This document shows positions 7,523 to 18,898 of a DNA stretch of 32,000 nucleotides, one piece after another. Source of the DNA: Acidothermus cellulolyticus 11B (GTDB lineage Bacteria; Actinomycetota; Actinomycetes; Acidothermales; Acidothermaceae). Every line of letters starts with the position of its first letter. The stretch's first letter is position 1. Both the position numbers and the translations under genes were made by a program. The stretch lies in contig NC_008578.1 of assembly GCF_000015025.1 (NCBI RefSeq), forward strand, positions 270,001 through 302,000, written 5' to 3'. The notes beneath the pieces were generated by a model. That model saw only the letters and a list, made by a program, of their open reading frames with translations, was not told the DNA's origin and made no database searches.

Positions 7523-8673
7523 GTGGATCCCGGGCTCCAGCGTGAGATCGAAGCCAAGGTTCTGGCAGGGGAGCGCCTGAGCTTCGCGGACGGCGTCGCC
7601 CTCTACGAGTGCGACGACTTGGCCTGGCTCGGTGAGCTCGCCCACGCCGTGCGGACCAGGCTCAATGGGGATTACGTCTACTTCAATGTGAACCGGCACC
7701 TGAACCTGACCAACGTCTGCGCGGCGTCCTGCGCATACTGCAGTTTTCAACGCAAGCCGGGCGAGCCGGACGCGTACACGATGCGGGTCGAGCAGGCGGT
7801 CGAGCTCGCCCGGCAGATGGAACCGGAAGGCATCACCGAGCTGCACATCGTCAACGGTTTGCATCCCACCCTGCCCTGGCGCTATTACCCCCGCATGCTG
7901 CGGGAACTGAAGAAGGCGCTGCCGAACGTGGCGCTGAAAGCGTTCACCGCGACGGAAATTCATTGGTTCGAGAAGATTTCCGGACTCCCGGCCGATGAGA
8001 TTCTCGACGAGCTCATCGACGCCGGACTGGAATCACTGACCGGCGGCGGCGCGGAAATCTTTGATTGGGAAATCCGGCGGCGCATCGTCGACCATGACAC
8101 CCACTGGGAGGACTGGTCACGGATTCACCGCCTCGCGCACGCCAAGGGACTCCGGACGCCGTGCACGATGCTCTACGGTCACATCGAAGAACCGCGGCAC
8201 CGGGTCGACCACGTCCTGCGGCTGCGTGAGCTGCAGGACGAGACCGGCGGTTTCGTCGTCTTCATCCCGCTGCGTTTCCAGCACGACCCCAACGGCGATC
8301 CGCGGAATCGGCTCGCCACTCAGCCGATGGCGACCGGGGCCGAGGCGCTGAAGACCTTCGCGGTCTCCCGTCTGCTCTTCGACAATGTGCCGCACGTCAA
8401 GGCGTTCTGGGTGATGCACGGTTTGACGACGGCTCAGCTGGCGTTGTCGTACGGCGCGGATGATCTCGACGGTTCGGTGGTGGAGTACAAAATCACCCAT
8501 GACGCGGACCACTACGGAACGCCGAATGTGCTGCACCGGGAAGACCTTCTCGAACTGATCCGGGACGCTGGTTTCGTCCCCGTGGAACGCGACACCCGCT
8601 ACAACGTCCTCCGCGTCTATCCCGGTCCGGATCCGCACCGCCGCGACGTGCCGCAACCGATGCCGACCGCCGT

Positions 8674-8677
<4 letters not shown>
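7523..8677 (+). CDS. mqnE: Aminodeoxyfutalosine synthase MqnE (radical SAM)
   Basis: Radical SAM CxxxCxxC motif (CAASCAYC). The N-terminus (IEAKVLAGERLSFADGVALYECDDLAWLGELAH) is typical of MqnE/MqnC-family enzymes. A GGAGG lies just upstream of GTG 7523. The position next to the UbiD/A/X trio matches SCO4494. Confidence 0.85.
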
Positions 8678-9947
<1,270 letters not shown>

Positions 9948-10030
9948 GTCCGGGCTGGTTCGAAAGCGTTCCCACATCACCCATTGCGGTGAGAATTCAG
10001 GAATCCCCTCAAGCGGCGGGGTGAAGCTGC

Positions 10031-10036
10031 GATTAT
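10031..10036 (+). promoter_or_regulatory. Candidate -10 hexamer GATTAT placing a TSS on GTG 10043 (possible leaderless response-regulator mRNA)
   Basis: The last T (10036) is exactly 7 nt before G10043. No SD is visible upstream of any candidate start. No convincing -35. Confidence 0.3.
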
Positions 10037-10042
10037 CGAGCA

Positions 10043-10510
10043 GTGTTGCCACGGTCGTCCTCGGTGCCGCTTGTCGCGGCGATGGCCGCCCACGACGCGA
10101 CCGCGTCGTCGGGCACGTCGGTGCGACGGTGCCGCGTCGTCGTCGCTGATGACGCGGCGGGTATGCGCGCGTTGCTGGCAACGCTGCTGTCGATCGAACC
10201 CGATTTCGATGTGGTCGGCGTCGCCCGCGACGGCGCCGAGGCCGTCGACCTCGTGCTGCGGGAGCAGCCGGATTTGCTCGTCATTGACATCACCATGCCG
10301 GTGATGTCCGGCACCGAGGCCATCCGGCGCATTCGAGAAGCCAACCCGCGGGTCAGAGTTGCGGTGCTCTCCGGGGAACGTCAACCGCTTCCCCCCGGCG
10401 CCGACGCCATCCTCGTGAAAGGCACCGTGAACGAGGAGCTCATCGCCGTGCTGCGGCGGCTCTGCCGCGCGGGGTCGCAGCACGACGCCCCGCCACCGGC
10501 GGACTGCTAG
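10043..10510 (+). CDS. Single-domain response regulator (receiver/CheY-like domain only, no output domain)
   Basis: All receiver signature residues are present: acidic pair (VVVADD), phospho-acceptor Asp (LLVIDITMP), Ser (VAVLSG) and Lys (AILVKG). The ORF ends about 25 aa after the receiver fold. The start is uncertain (10043 GTG, or ATG 10082). Confidence 0.75.
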   Translation: MLPRSSSVPLVAAMAAHDATASSGTSVRRCRVVVADDAAGMRALLATLLSIEPDFDVVGVARDGAEAVDLVLREQPDLLVIDITMPVMSGTEAIRRIREANPRVRVAVLSGERQPLPPGADAILVKGTVNEELIAVLRRLCRAGSQHDAPPPADC

Positions 10511-10533
10511 CACCGGCTGGCTACCCTGGACGG

Positions 10534-11835
10534 GTGGCCAGTGAATCGATCGCGAGCGGACCAGCGGAACCGCGCCCGGCCGGTGGCGAGTCGATCCCGG
10601 CCGGTGCGGCGGTCAGCGAGCCGGCGGCTGACGCCTCCTCCGATGCGCCGCCGGATCCGGCGGCTGCGGCCGACGTCGATGTCCGTGCCGTCTTGCAGCG
10701 TGCCGTAGCCGGCGAGCGGATTGACGCGACCGAAGCGCTTGCGCTCTACACCCGCGCACCGCTGCATGCGTTGGGCCGGGCGGCCGACGCCGTCCGGCGC
10801 CGTCGCTTCGGGGAGAACGCCGCCATTGCCACGTATCTCATCGACCGGAACATCAATTACACCAACGTCTGCGTCACTGCGTGCCGCTTCTGCGCGTTCT
10901 ATCGGCCGCCGAAGCACGAAGAGGGTTGGACCCATTCCATCGAGGAAATTCTCCGTCGTTGCGGGGAAGCGGTCGACCTCGGCGCCACCCAGATCATGCT
11001 TCAGGGCGGCCACCACCCTGACCTCGGCATCGAGTGGTACGAAGCGGTTTTCCGTGCCATCAAGCAGGCTTATCCCAACCTTGTCCTGCACTCACTGGGC
11101 GGTTCGGAGGTCGTCCACATCGCCCGCACCTCGGGTCTCACCTTTGCCGAGGTCATCCGCCGGCTTCGCGACGCGGGGCTCGACTCGTTCGCCGGCGCCG
11201 GCGCGGAGATCCTAGTCGACCGGCAGCGTCGTCTCATCGCACCGCTCAAGGAGTCCGGCGCCACGTGGCTGGAGGTGATGGAGACCGCGCATCGCCTTGG
11301 CGTTCAATCGACGGCGACATTCATGATGGGCACCGGAGAGACCAACGCCGAGCGGATCGAGCATCTGCGGCTTATCCGGCAGGTGCAGGACCGTACCGGC
11401 GGGTTCCGGGCGTTCATCCCGTGGACCTACCAGCCGGAGAACAACCACCTGCGCGGCCGCACCCTCGCCACGCCGGTGGAATACCTGCGGCTTCTCGCGG
11501 TGGCCCGGCTCTTTCTCGACAACATTGCGCACCTGCAGGTTTCGCAACTCACCCTAGGAAAAGAAGTCGGTCAACTCGGGCTGCATTTTGGCGCCGATGA
11601 CCTCGGCTCGGTGATGCTGGAGGAGAACGTCGTCTCGTCCGCCGGCGCCCGCCACCAATGGAATCTCGCCGAGATGATTCATCTGATCCGGACCGCGGGC
11701 CGCATTCCGGCCCAGCGCGACACCCTCTACCGATACGTGCGCATTCACTGGACGCCGGACGACGACCCGCCGTTTGACCCCCGGCTCCGCTCGCACTTCT
11801 CGTCCATCGCCGTCGAGTCCCCTTCCGTGGCGTGA
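10534..11835 (+). CDS. mqnC: Cyclic dehypoxanthinyl futalosine synthase MqnC (radical SAM)
   Basis: Radical SAM motif CVTACRFC within INYTNVCVTACRFCAFYR, and full-length similarity to the MqnC/MqnE family. About 50 aa of low-complexity N-terminal extension makes the start uncertain. Confidence 0.8.
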   Translation: MASESIASGPAEPRPAGGESIPAGAAVSEPAADASSDAPPDPAAAADVDVRAVLQRAVAGERIDATEALALYTRAPLHALGRAADAVRRRRFGENAAIATYLIDRNINYTNVCVTACRFCAFYRPPKHEEGWTHSIEEILRRCGEAVDLGATQIMLQGGHHPDLGIEWYEAVFRAIKQAYPNLVLHSLGGSEVVHIARTSGLTFAEVIRRLRDAGLDSFAGAGAEILVDRQRRLIAPLKESGATWLEVMETAHRLGVQSTATFMMGTGETNAERIEHLRLIRQVQDRTGGFRAFIPWTYQPENNHLRGRTLATPVEYLRLLAVARLFLDNIAHLQVSQLTLGKEVGQLGLHFGADDLGSVMLEENVVSSAGARHQWNLAEMIHLIRTAGRIPAQRDTLYRYVRIHWTPDDDPPFDPRLRSHFSSIAVESPSVA

Positions 11836-12902
11836 CACCCCACGATCCCGTCTCGGTTGAGGCGGTGCCGAAAATTGAGCTCCACGTTCACCTCGAAGGC
11901 ACCGTCGAGCCCGCCACGGTGCTTGATATCGCCGCACGGAATGGTCTGGCGCTGCCGGTTTCGACCGTCGACGAGCTGAGTGCGCTCTATCGCGTGACGA
12001 CATTCTCGGATTTTCTCCGGCTCTGGATCCTGACCACGAACGTGCTGCGGAAGGCGGAGGATTTCTCCCAGGTCGTCGTCGATTATGCGCGACGGGCGAA
12101 GCGGCACGGCGCGGTCTATATCGAGGGGATTTTCTCGCCGGTCGAGCGGGTCATGCGCGGCGTCGGCTGGGCGGAGATTTTCGACGGGTACTGCGAGGGA
12201 GCCGAGCGGGCGTACGCCGAGCACGGGGTCGTCGTCCGCCTGACGCCGGAGGCGTATCGGGGCGCGGATCCGGAGCTGGTTGCGGAGATGGTCCGGTACG
12301 CCGGCCGATATCGCGATCGGGGCGTTGTCGGTGTCGGCATCGGCGGCGACGAACGGGCCCGGCCGACGCGGCATTACGCTGCCGCGTTTGCTCCAGCGGT
12401 CGACCTCGGGCTGGGCGTCGTGCCGCACGCCGGCGAATTCCCTCTCTTTCCCGACGGAGCATCCGGCGCGGCCACGCTGCGCGAGACGATTGAGGCGCTC
12501 AATCCCGTCCGGATCCGGCACGGCATCGCCGCCGCGGCCGATCCGGCGCTCGTAGCGGTCATTCGCGAGCGGGGCATCGTCTTGGACGTCTGCCCGACCT
12601 CCAACCTGCGGACCGGAGCGATCCGCGATCTCGCAGACCATCCCTTGCCGCGCTTGGCGGCGGCCGGGATTCCCTGCACGGTTGGCACCGACGATCCCGC
12701 CGTCTTTGACACGGATTTGTCCCGCGAATTCACCATCGCGGCCCGGCTGGGCGTTGAACCGCGCCTGCTGTACGACGCTGGGATCACCGGCGCTTTATGC
12801 GACGATGACGTGAAATCGCACCTCCGGCAGATCGGAGCCGCTACCACATGGCCGACGACAACGGCGACATGGTCGACCACAGCGGCGGGAGAGTCGCTGT
12901 GA
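11832..12902 (+). CDS. Adenosine-deaminase-fold amidohydrolase; by context probably 6-aminodeoxyfutalosine deaminase
   Basis: Metal-binding HxH motif (IELHVHLEG) and the C-terminal TDDP motif ([13 protein letters not shown]) of the ADA family. A GTGA overlap couples it to the mqnC stop, and menG lies directly downstream. Confidence 0.8.
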   Translation: MTPHDPVSVEAVPKIELHVHLEGTVEPATVLDIAARNGLALPVSTVDELSALYRVTTFSDFLRLWILTTNVLRKAEDFSQVVVDYARRAKRHGAVYIEGIFSPVERVMRGVGWAEIFDGYCEGAERAYAEHGVVVRLTPEAYRGADPELVAEMVRYAGRYRDRGVVGVGIGGDERARPTRHYAAAFAPAVDLGLGVVPHAGEFPLFPDGASGAATLRETIEALNPVRIRHGIAAAADPALVAVIRERGIVLDVCPTSNLRTGAIRDLADHPLPRLAAAGIPCTVGTDDPAVFDTDLSREFTIAARLGVEPRLLYDAGITGALCDDDVKSHLRQIGAATTWPTTTATWSTTAAGESL

Positions 12903-13624
12903 CCTCCGGCGGCGACCCGTCGGATGGTCGCGAAGACCAGACGGCCGTCGACAAGGACCCGTCGTCCATCGCCGCCATGTTCGACACGGTGGCGCGCCGC
13001 TACGACCTCGTCAACGATCTCCTCTCGCTCGGCCAGGATCGGCTCTGGCGTCGGGCGGTGGCACGAGCCGTCGCGGCCCGTCCCGGTGAGCGGGTGCTCG
13101 ATCTGGCCGCCGGGACCGGCACGTCGTCGCTGGCGTTCACGGCGTCGGGTGCGTCCTGTGTCGCCTGCGACTTCTCCCTCGGCATGCTGCGCGAGGGACG
13201 GCGTCGCTACGGTTCGCGGCTGGTGTACGTCGCCGGGGACGCACTGGCGCTCCCGTTCGCCGATGGCGTCTTCGACGTCGTCACGATGTCCTTCGGCCTG
13301 CGGAACGTGGCCGACGTGGACGCCGCGTTGCGCGAGTGCCTGCGGGTCGCCCGGCGGGGCGGCCGGCTCGTCATCTGCGAATTCAGTACGCCGACCCCCC
13401 GGCTCGTCCGGTGGGGTTACGACGCGTACTTGCGGTTGGTGCCGGTGATCGGGGCACGGTTCGGCTCGAATCCGGGCTCGTACCGCTACCTGGCCGCGTC
13501 GATCCGCGGCTGGCCGGACCAGCGGACGCTTGCCACCCGCATCGCCGCCGCCGGATGGGAAAAGGTTGCGTGGCGGAACCTCTCGCTGGGGGTGGTGAGC
13601 ATCCACCGCGCCATCAAGCCGTAA
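12848..13624 (+). CDS. menG: Demethylmenaquinone methyltransferase MenG/UbiE (class I SAM-dependent)
   Basis: Carries [25 protein letters not shown], the SAM motif VLDLAAGTG, and [13 protein letters not shown]. The alternative start GTG 12899 (GTGA overlap with the upstream stop, GGGAGAG SD 5 nt upstream) is equally plausible. GC3 in 12848-12898 favours the menG frame. Confidence 0.85.
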   Translation: MADDNGDMVDHSGGRVAVTSGGDPSDGREDQTAVDKDPSSIAAMFDTVARRYDLVNDLLSLGQDRLWRRAVARAVAARPGERVLDLAAGTGTSSLAFTASGASCVACDFSLGMLREGRRRYGSRLVYVAGDALALPFADGVFDVVTMSFGLRNVADVDAALRECLRVARRGGRLVICEFSTPTPRLVRWGYDAYLRLVPVIGARFGSNPGSYRYLAASIRGWPDQRTLATRIAAAGWEKVAWRNLSLGVVSIHRAIKP

Positions 13625-13709
13625 TCGTCGCGTCGTGCGGTTGTCCCGAGGACAGCTGACGGCGGCCCGGCCGCTGCGATCCGCTTAGCCCTCTGCCGGA
13701 CCGACGCCA

Positions 13710-13715
13710 TAGACT
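13710..13715 (+). promoter_or_regulatory. Candidate -10 hexamer TAGACT upstream of the MenJ-like reductase gene
   Basis: Fits the TANNNT pattern in an AT-rich patch of the 13625-13789 gap. The same TAGACTGCA string recurs before nuoA at 15145-15153. Confidence 0.3.
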
Positions 13716-13728
13716 GCAACCCGAGAGT

Positions 13729-13746
13729 TCGTGAAGAATTTCACAA
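13729..13746. promoter_or_regulatory. Rex (redox-sensing repressor) operator-like palindrome TCGTGAA-GAAT-TTCACAA
   Basis: Matches the consensus TTGTGAA-N4-TTCACAA at 13 of 14 half-site positions. Lies 14 nt downstream of the TAGACT -10 candidate and 44 nt upstream of GTG 13790. Confidence 0.5.
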
Positions 13747-13789
13747 GCTCGCATGTGGTGGCATGTGGGCGGCACCCAGGAGTTGCCGA

Positions 13790-15127
13790 GTGGCGCAAAC
13801 ACCGCAGCCGGTTCCAACGACGGGTTCGACCACCCCGTCCCCAACGGTCCTGACCGAGCCACCCGCGGGGGCTATCGTCCTGGACGCGGACGTCGTCGTC
13901 GTCGGGGCGGGACCGGCGGGCTCGACGACCGCCGCGTATCTCGCCCAGGCCGGCGTCGATGTCGTCGTCCTGGAGAAGAGTGCATTTCCGCGCGAGAAGG
14001 TCTGCGGCGACGGTCTGACGCCCCGGGCGGTCCGGCAGCTCGTGCGACTCGGCATTGACACGTCGGCCCAGGCGGGTTGGCTGCGCAACAAGGGACTGCG
14101 CATTCTCGGCGGCGGGATGCGGCTGGAGCTTCCCTGGCCGGAGCTGGCCAGCTTCCCGGACTACGGGCTGGTCCGTCCCCGGACCGACTTCGACCAGCTT
14201 CTTGCCCGGCACGCTGCGAAACTCGGCGCCGTCGTGCACGAGCGGACGCCGGTGTCGGCGCCGCTGATCGATGACCGTACCGGCCGGGTGGTCGGGGTGG
14301 TGGCCACCGCCGAGGGTGAACGACCGCTCGTTGTGCGGGGATCTGTCGTCGTCGCCGCGGATGGGAATTCGGGCCGGCTCGCGCTTGCGGTCGGCCGCGA
14401 CCGGTTGCCGCGGCGCCCGATGGGTGTGGCCTACCGGCGGTATTACGCCTCCCGGCGGCACGACGACACCTGGTTGGAATCGTGGCTGGAGCTGCGGGAC
14501 GGCGGACGGCTGCTGCCCGGGTACGGCTGGATTTTCGGCATGGGCGACGGGACGAGCAACGTGGGTGTCGGCATCCTCAACACGTCGTCCGCCTTCCGGA
14601 ACATTGACTATCGAGCGCTGCTGCGCCGCTGGGTCGCCGGCATGCCCGCCGAGTGGGGGATTACCGAGGAGACAGCCCAGGGGCCGATCCGCGGCGCCGC
14701 GCTGCCCATGGGCTTCACCCGCAAACCGCAGTACGCCGACGGGCTTCTCCTCGTCGGCGACGCCGCAGGAATGATCAATCCGTGCAACGGTGAGGGCATC
14801 GCGTACGCGATGGAGTCCGGTGCGGCCGCTGCAGAGATCATCGTTCAAGCGCTGGCCAAGCCGACCGGCGCCGCCCGGGAGCGGACGCTTCGCAGCTACC
14901 CGCGGGTGCTGGCCGAGCAGTACGGCGGTTACTACACCCTCGGACGGTGGTTCGTCCAGCTGATCGGAAAGCCGGGAGTGATGCGGTTCCTGACCCGGCA
15001 CGGCCTTCCGCACCCTCAACTGATGCGTTTCACCTTGAAATTCTTGGCGAATCTGACCGATCCGCGTGACGGCGACGCGATGGACCGCATCATCAACGCG
15101 GCCAGTCGATGGGCTCCGGCGGCGTAA
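13790..15127 (+). CDS. Geranylgeranyl reductase family FAD-dependent oxidoreductase (MenJ-like menaquinone isoprenyl reductase candidate)
   Basis: FAD motif DADVVVVGAGPAGS and the CGDGLTPR motif, with GGR-family similarity throughout. GTG 13790 has an AGGAG SD at 13778-13782 (7-nt spacer). The longest ORF starts at ATG 13763, which lacks a good SD. Confidence 0.85.
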   Translation: MAQTPQPVPTTGSTTPSPTVLTEPPAGAIVLDADVVVVGAGPAGSTTAAYLAQAGVDVVVLEKSAFPREKVCGDGLTPRAVRQLVRLGIDTSAQAGWLRNKGLRILGGGMRLELPWPELASFPDYGLVRPRTDFDQLLARHAAKLGAVVHERTPVSAPLIDDRTGRVVGVVATAEGERPLVVRGSVVVAADGNSGRLALAVGRDRLPRRPMGVAYRRYYASRRHDDTWLESWLELRDGGRLLPGYGWIFGMGDGTSNVGVGILNTSSAFRNIDYRALLRRWVAGMPAEWGITEETAQGPIRGAALPMGFTRKPQYADGLLLVGDAAGMINPCNGEGIAYAMESGAAAAEIIVQALAKPTGAARERTLRSYPRVLAEQYGGYYTLGRWFVQLIGKPGVMRFLTRHGLPHPQLMRFTLKFLANLTDPRDGDAMDRIINAASRWAPAA

Positions 15128-15144
15128 GGCCATGGCACGCGTTC

Positions 15145-15150
15145 TAGACT
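15145..15150 (+). promoter_or_regulatory. Candidate -10 hexamer TAGACT upstream of nuoA
   Basis: Lies in the 107-nt gap between the reductase stop (15127) and the nuoA ATG (15235). No clear -35. The nuoA SD GGGAGGTG is at 15222-15229. Confidence 0.3.
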
Positions 15151-15234
15151 GCACCGCGGTGCTCACCGGTACACCGGGACCGATGAGCGCGGGAACGGTA
15201 CGCGTCGTTCGGCGCAGCAACGGGAGGTGAGCGC

Positions 15235-15594
15235 ATGTTCAGCTATGTCCCGATCTTTGCCCTGTTCCTGCTCGCCGGCGGCTTCGCCGTCTTCTCGGTC
15301 ATCGCCGGATCGCTGACCGGTCCCAAGCGGTACAACCGGGCCAAGTACGACGCGTACGAATGCGGCATTGAACCGACGCCGCAACCGATCGGCGGCGGAC
15401 GGTTTCCGGTGAAGTACTACCTCACCGCCATGCTCTTCATCGTCTTCGACATTGAAATCATCTTCTTGTATCCGTGGGCGGTGGCATACGGCGACATGGG
15501 CGTTTTCGGCCTGGTGGAGATGCTGCTCTTCATCGTCACGGTGTTGATTGCGTACGTGTACGTGTGGCGGCGCGGTGGACTGGAGTGGGATTGA
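15235..15594 (+). CDS. nuoA: NADH-quinone oxidoreductase subunit A
   Basis: 119 aa with 3 TM helices and the conserved YECGIEP and [12 protein letters not shown] motifs. Confidence 0.95.
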   Translation: MFSYVPIFALFLLAGGFAVFSVIAGSLTGPKRYNRAKYDAYECGIEPTPQPIGGGRFPVKYYLTAMLFIVFDIEIIFLYPWAVAYGDMGVFGLVEMLLFIVTVLIAYVYVWRRGGLEWD

Positions 15595-15597
15595 CCC

Positions 15598-16152
15598 ATG
15601 GGCATTGAGGAGAAAATTCCCGGCGGTTTTCTGCTCACCACGGTCGAGAAGGCCGTCGGATGGGTGCGAAAGAGCTCGCTGTGGCCGGCGACGTTCGGTC
15701 TTGCCTGCTGCGCCATTGAGATGATGGCGACCGGTGCCGGCCGGTATGACTTGGCCCGTTTCGGCATGGAGGTATTCCGCGCGTCACCCCGGCAGGCGGA
15801 CCTGATGATTGTCGCCGGCCGGGTGAGCCAGAAGATGGCGCCGGTGCTCCGGCAGATTTACGACCAGATGCCGGAGCCGAAGTGGGTGCTCGCGATGGGC
15901 GTGTGCGCGTCCTCCGGGGGCATGTTCAACAACTACGCCATCGTGCAAGGCGTGGACCACGTCGTCCCCGTCGACATGTACCTGCCGGGATGCCCGCCGC
16001 GTCCGGAGATGCTCATGCACGCCATTCTCGAATTGCACGAGAAAATCAAGTCGACGAAGCTCGGCGTGCACGCCGTCCGTGAAGCGCACGAACGCGAAGA
16101 AGCGGCGAAACACGCGCTGCCGACGCACTCGATGAAGGGGTTGCTGCGATGA
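15598..16152 (+). CDS. nuoB: NADH-quinone oxidoreductase subunit B
   Basis: Cysteine ligands of Fe-S cluster N2 are present: [26 protein letters not shown]. Confidence 0.95.
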   Translation: MGIEEKIPGGFLLTTVEKAVGWVRKSSLWPATFGLACCAIEMMATGAGRYDLARFGMEVFRASPRQADLMIVAGRVSQKMAPVLRQIYDQMPEPKWVLAMGVCASSGGMFNNYAIVQGVDHVVPVDMYLPGCPPRPEMLMHAILELHEKIKSTKLGVHAVREAHEREEAAKHALPTHSMKGLLR

Positions 16153-16727
16153 CCGAGCCGGTACTGCGCGGTCTGCCCTCGTCGCCCCGCCCCTTCGGCG
16201 GCTACTTCGACCAGGTGGCGGACACACTGGCCGTCGCCTACCCGCGCCTGCCGGACGCGATCGAACGGACAGACGTCGATCGCGGCGAGCTCACCTTTCA
16301 CGTGCGCCGGGAATATCTGCGTGAGCTGGCGCTCGTGCTTCGCGATGACGAGCGGCTCCGGTTCGAATTGCTGAATTCGCTCTCCGGGGTGCACTATCCG
16401 ACCGACGTCGGCCGCGAACTGCACGTGGTTTATGAGCTGACGTCGATGACGTATCGACGTCACATCCGGCTGGAAGTCGCCGCCCCCGACGCCGATCCGC
16501 ATATTCCGTCGGTGGTCGACGTGTGGCCGACGGCCGATTTCCAGGAGCGGGAGACCTGGGACATGTTCGGCGTCATCTTTGACGGGCATCCGGCGCTCAC
16601 TCGAATCCTCATGCCGGATGACTGGCCCGGGCATCCGCAGCGCAAGGATTATCCCCTTGGGGGCATTCCCGTGGAGTACAAGGGAGCCACCGTTCCCCCG
16701 CCCGATGAGCGCCGCCAGTACGCATGA
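16149..16727 (+). CDS. nuoC: NADH-quinone oxidoreductase subunit C
   Basis: 30-kDa subunit motifs ([23 protein letters not shown]; RKDYPL). ATGA overlap with nuoB. Confidence 0.95.
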   Translation: MTEPVLRGLPSSPRPFGGYFDQVADTLAVAYPRLPDAIERTDVDRGELTFHVRREYLRELALVLRDDERLRFELLNSLSGVHYPTDVGRELHVVYELTSMTYRRHIRLEVAAPDADPHIPSVVDVWPTADFQERETWDMFGVIFDGHPALTRILMPDDWPGHPQRKDYPLGGIPVEYKGATVPPPDERRQYA

Positions 16728-16769
16728 GGTTGTGATGACGGGACGACGAGCCGAGGAGCACGAGCGACG

Positions 16770-18088
<1,319 letters not shown>

Positions 18089-18092
<4 letters not shown>

Positions 18093-18898
18093 CGGCGAAC
18101 GGCGCAACGCCCGGCGGAGTGCCGCCCGCGCACGACGGCACGGGTGCGGCGGCGCACCGCACGCCGCTCATTGCCTTCGATCCGCGGCTGGGACCGGCGG
18201 CTGCCGCGGCGGATCCGCTGTCGGCCGACGCGCAGCAACGGATTCGGGAGCGGGCGGCGCAGGTCCTTGCGCGCTATCCGCGGCCGCGGTCGGCCCTCAT
18301 GCCGTTGCTGTATCTCGTCCAGGCGGAGCAGGGGTACGTGTCCGCGGACGGCATTCGGCTTGTCGCGGACATTCTCGGCCTCACCACGGCGGAAGTCACT
18401 GCGGTCGCCACGTTCTACACCATGTACCGTCGCCGGCCGTGCGGAAGGTATCTCGTCGGGGTCTGCACGAACACGCTCTGCGCGATTCTCGGGGGTGATG
18501 CGATTTTCGACGCCCTCCGGGAGCATCTCGGCATCGAGAACGGGGAGACGACCCCGGACGGCGCGGTGACGCTCGAGCACATCGAATGCAACGCGGCGTG
18601 CGACTACGCGCCCGTCGTGATGGTGAACTGGGAGTTCTTCGACAATCAAACCCCGGCGAGTGCGCGCGAATTGGTCGACCGCCTGCGGGCCGGTGACCCG
18701 CCGATGCCGACCCGCGGTGCACCCCTGCGCACGTTCACGGAGATTTCGCAGCTTCTCGCCGGTTTTCCCGACGATTTGGCGGACGCCGGCCCGTCCGCAG
18801 GCCCGGCATCCCTCGCCGGCTTGGAGTTGGCCCGGTCACGGGGTGAGGCGGCGCCGCCGTTCCCCACCGAGAATGCGCCCCGGGAGGAGGGGGCATGA
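18089..18898 (+). CDS. nuoE: NADH-quinone oxidoreductase subunit E
   Basis: 2Fe-2S ligands ([11 protein letters not shown]; [11 protein letters not shown]). ATGA overlap with nuoD. Has Ala/Pro-rich N- and C-terminal extensions. Confidence 0.95.

Noticed and set aside
7159-7545. A 128-aa plus-strand ORF (and a 64-aa ORF at 7127-7321) in the bldC-like/mqnE intergenic region.
   Set aside because: There is no SD and no recognisable fold. GC3 is elevated only in a short stretch, and the ORF runs into the mqnE start out of frame. I treat it as non-coding leader or promoter DNA.
13640-13675. Two short GC hairpins after menG (13640-13656 and 13661-13675), considered as an intrinsic terminator.
   Set aside because: The stems are only 5-7 bp with 3-nt loops, and there is no U-tract. 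That is too weak to call a terminator from sequence alone.
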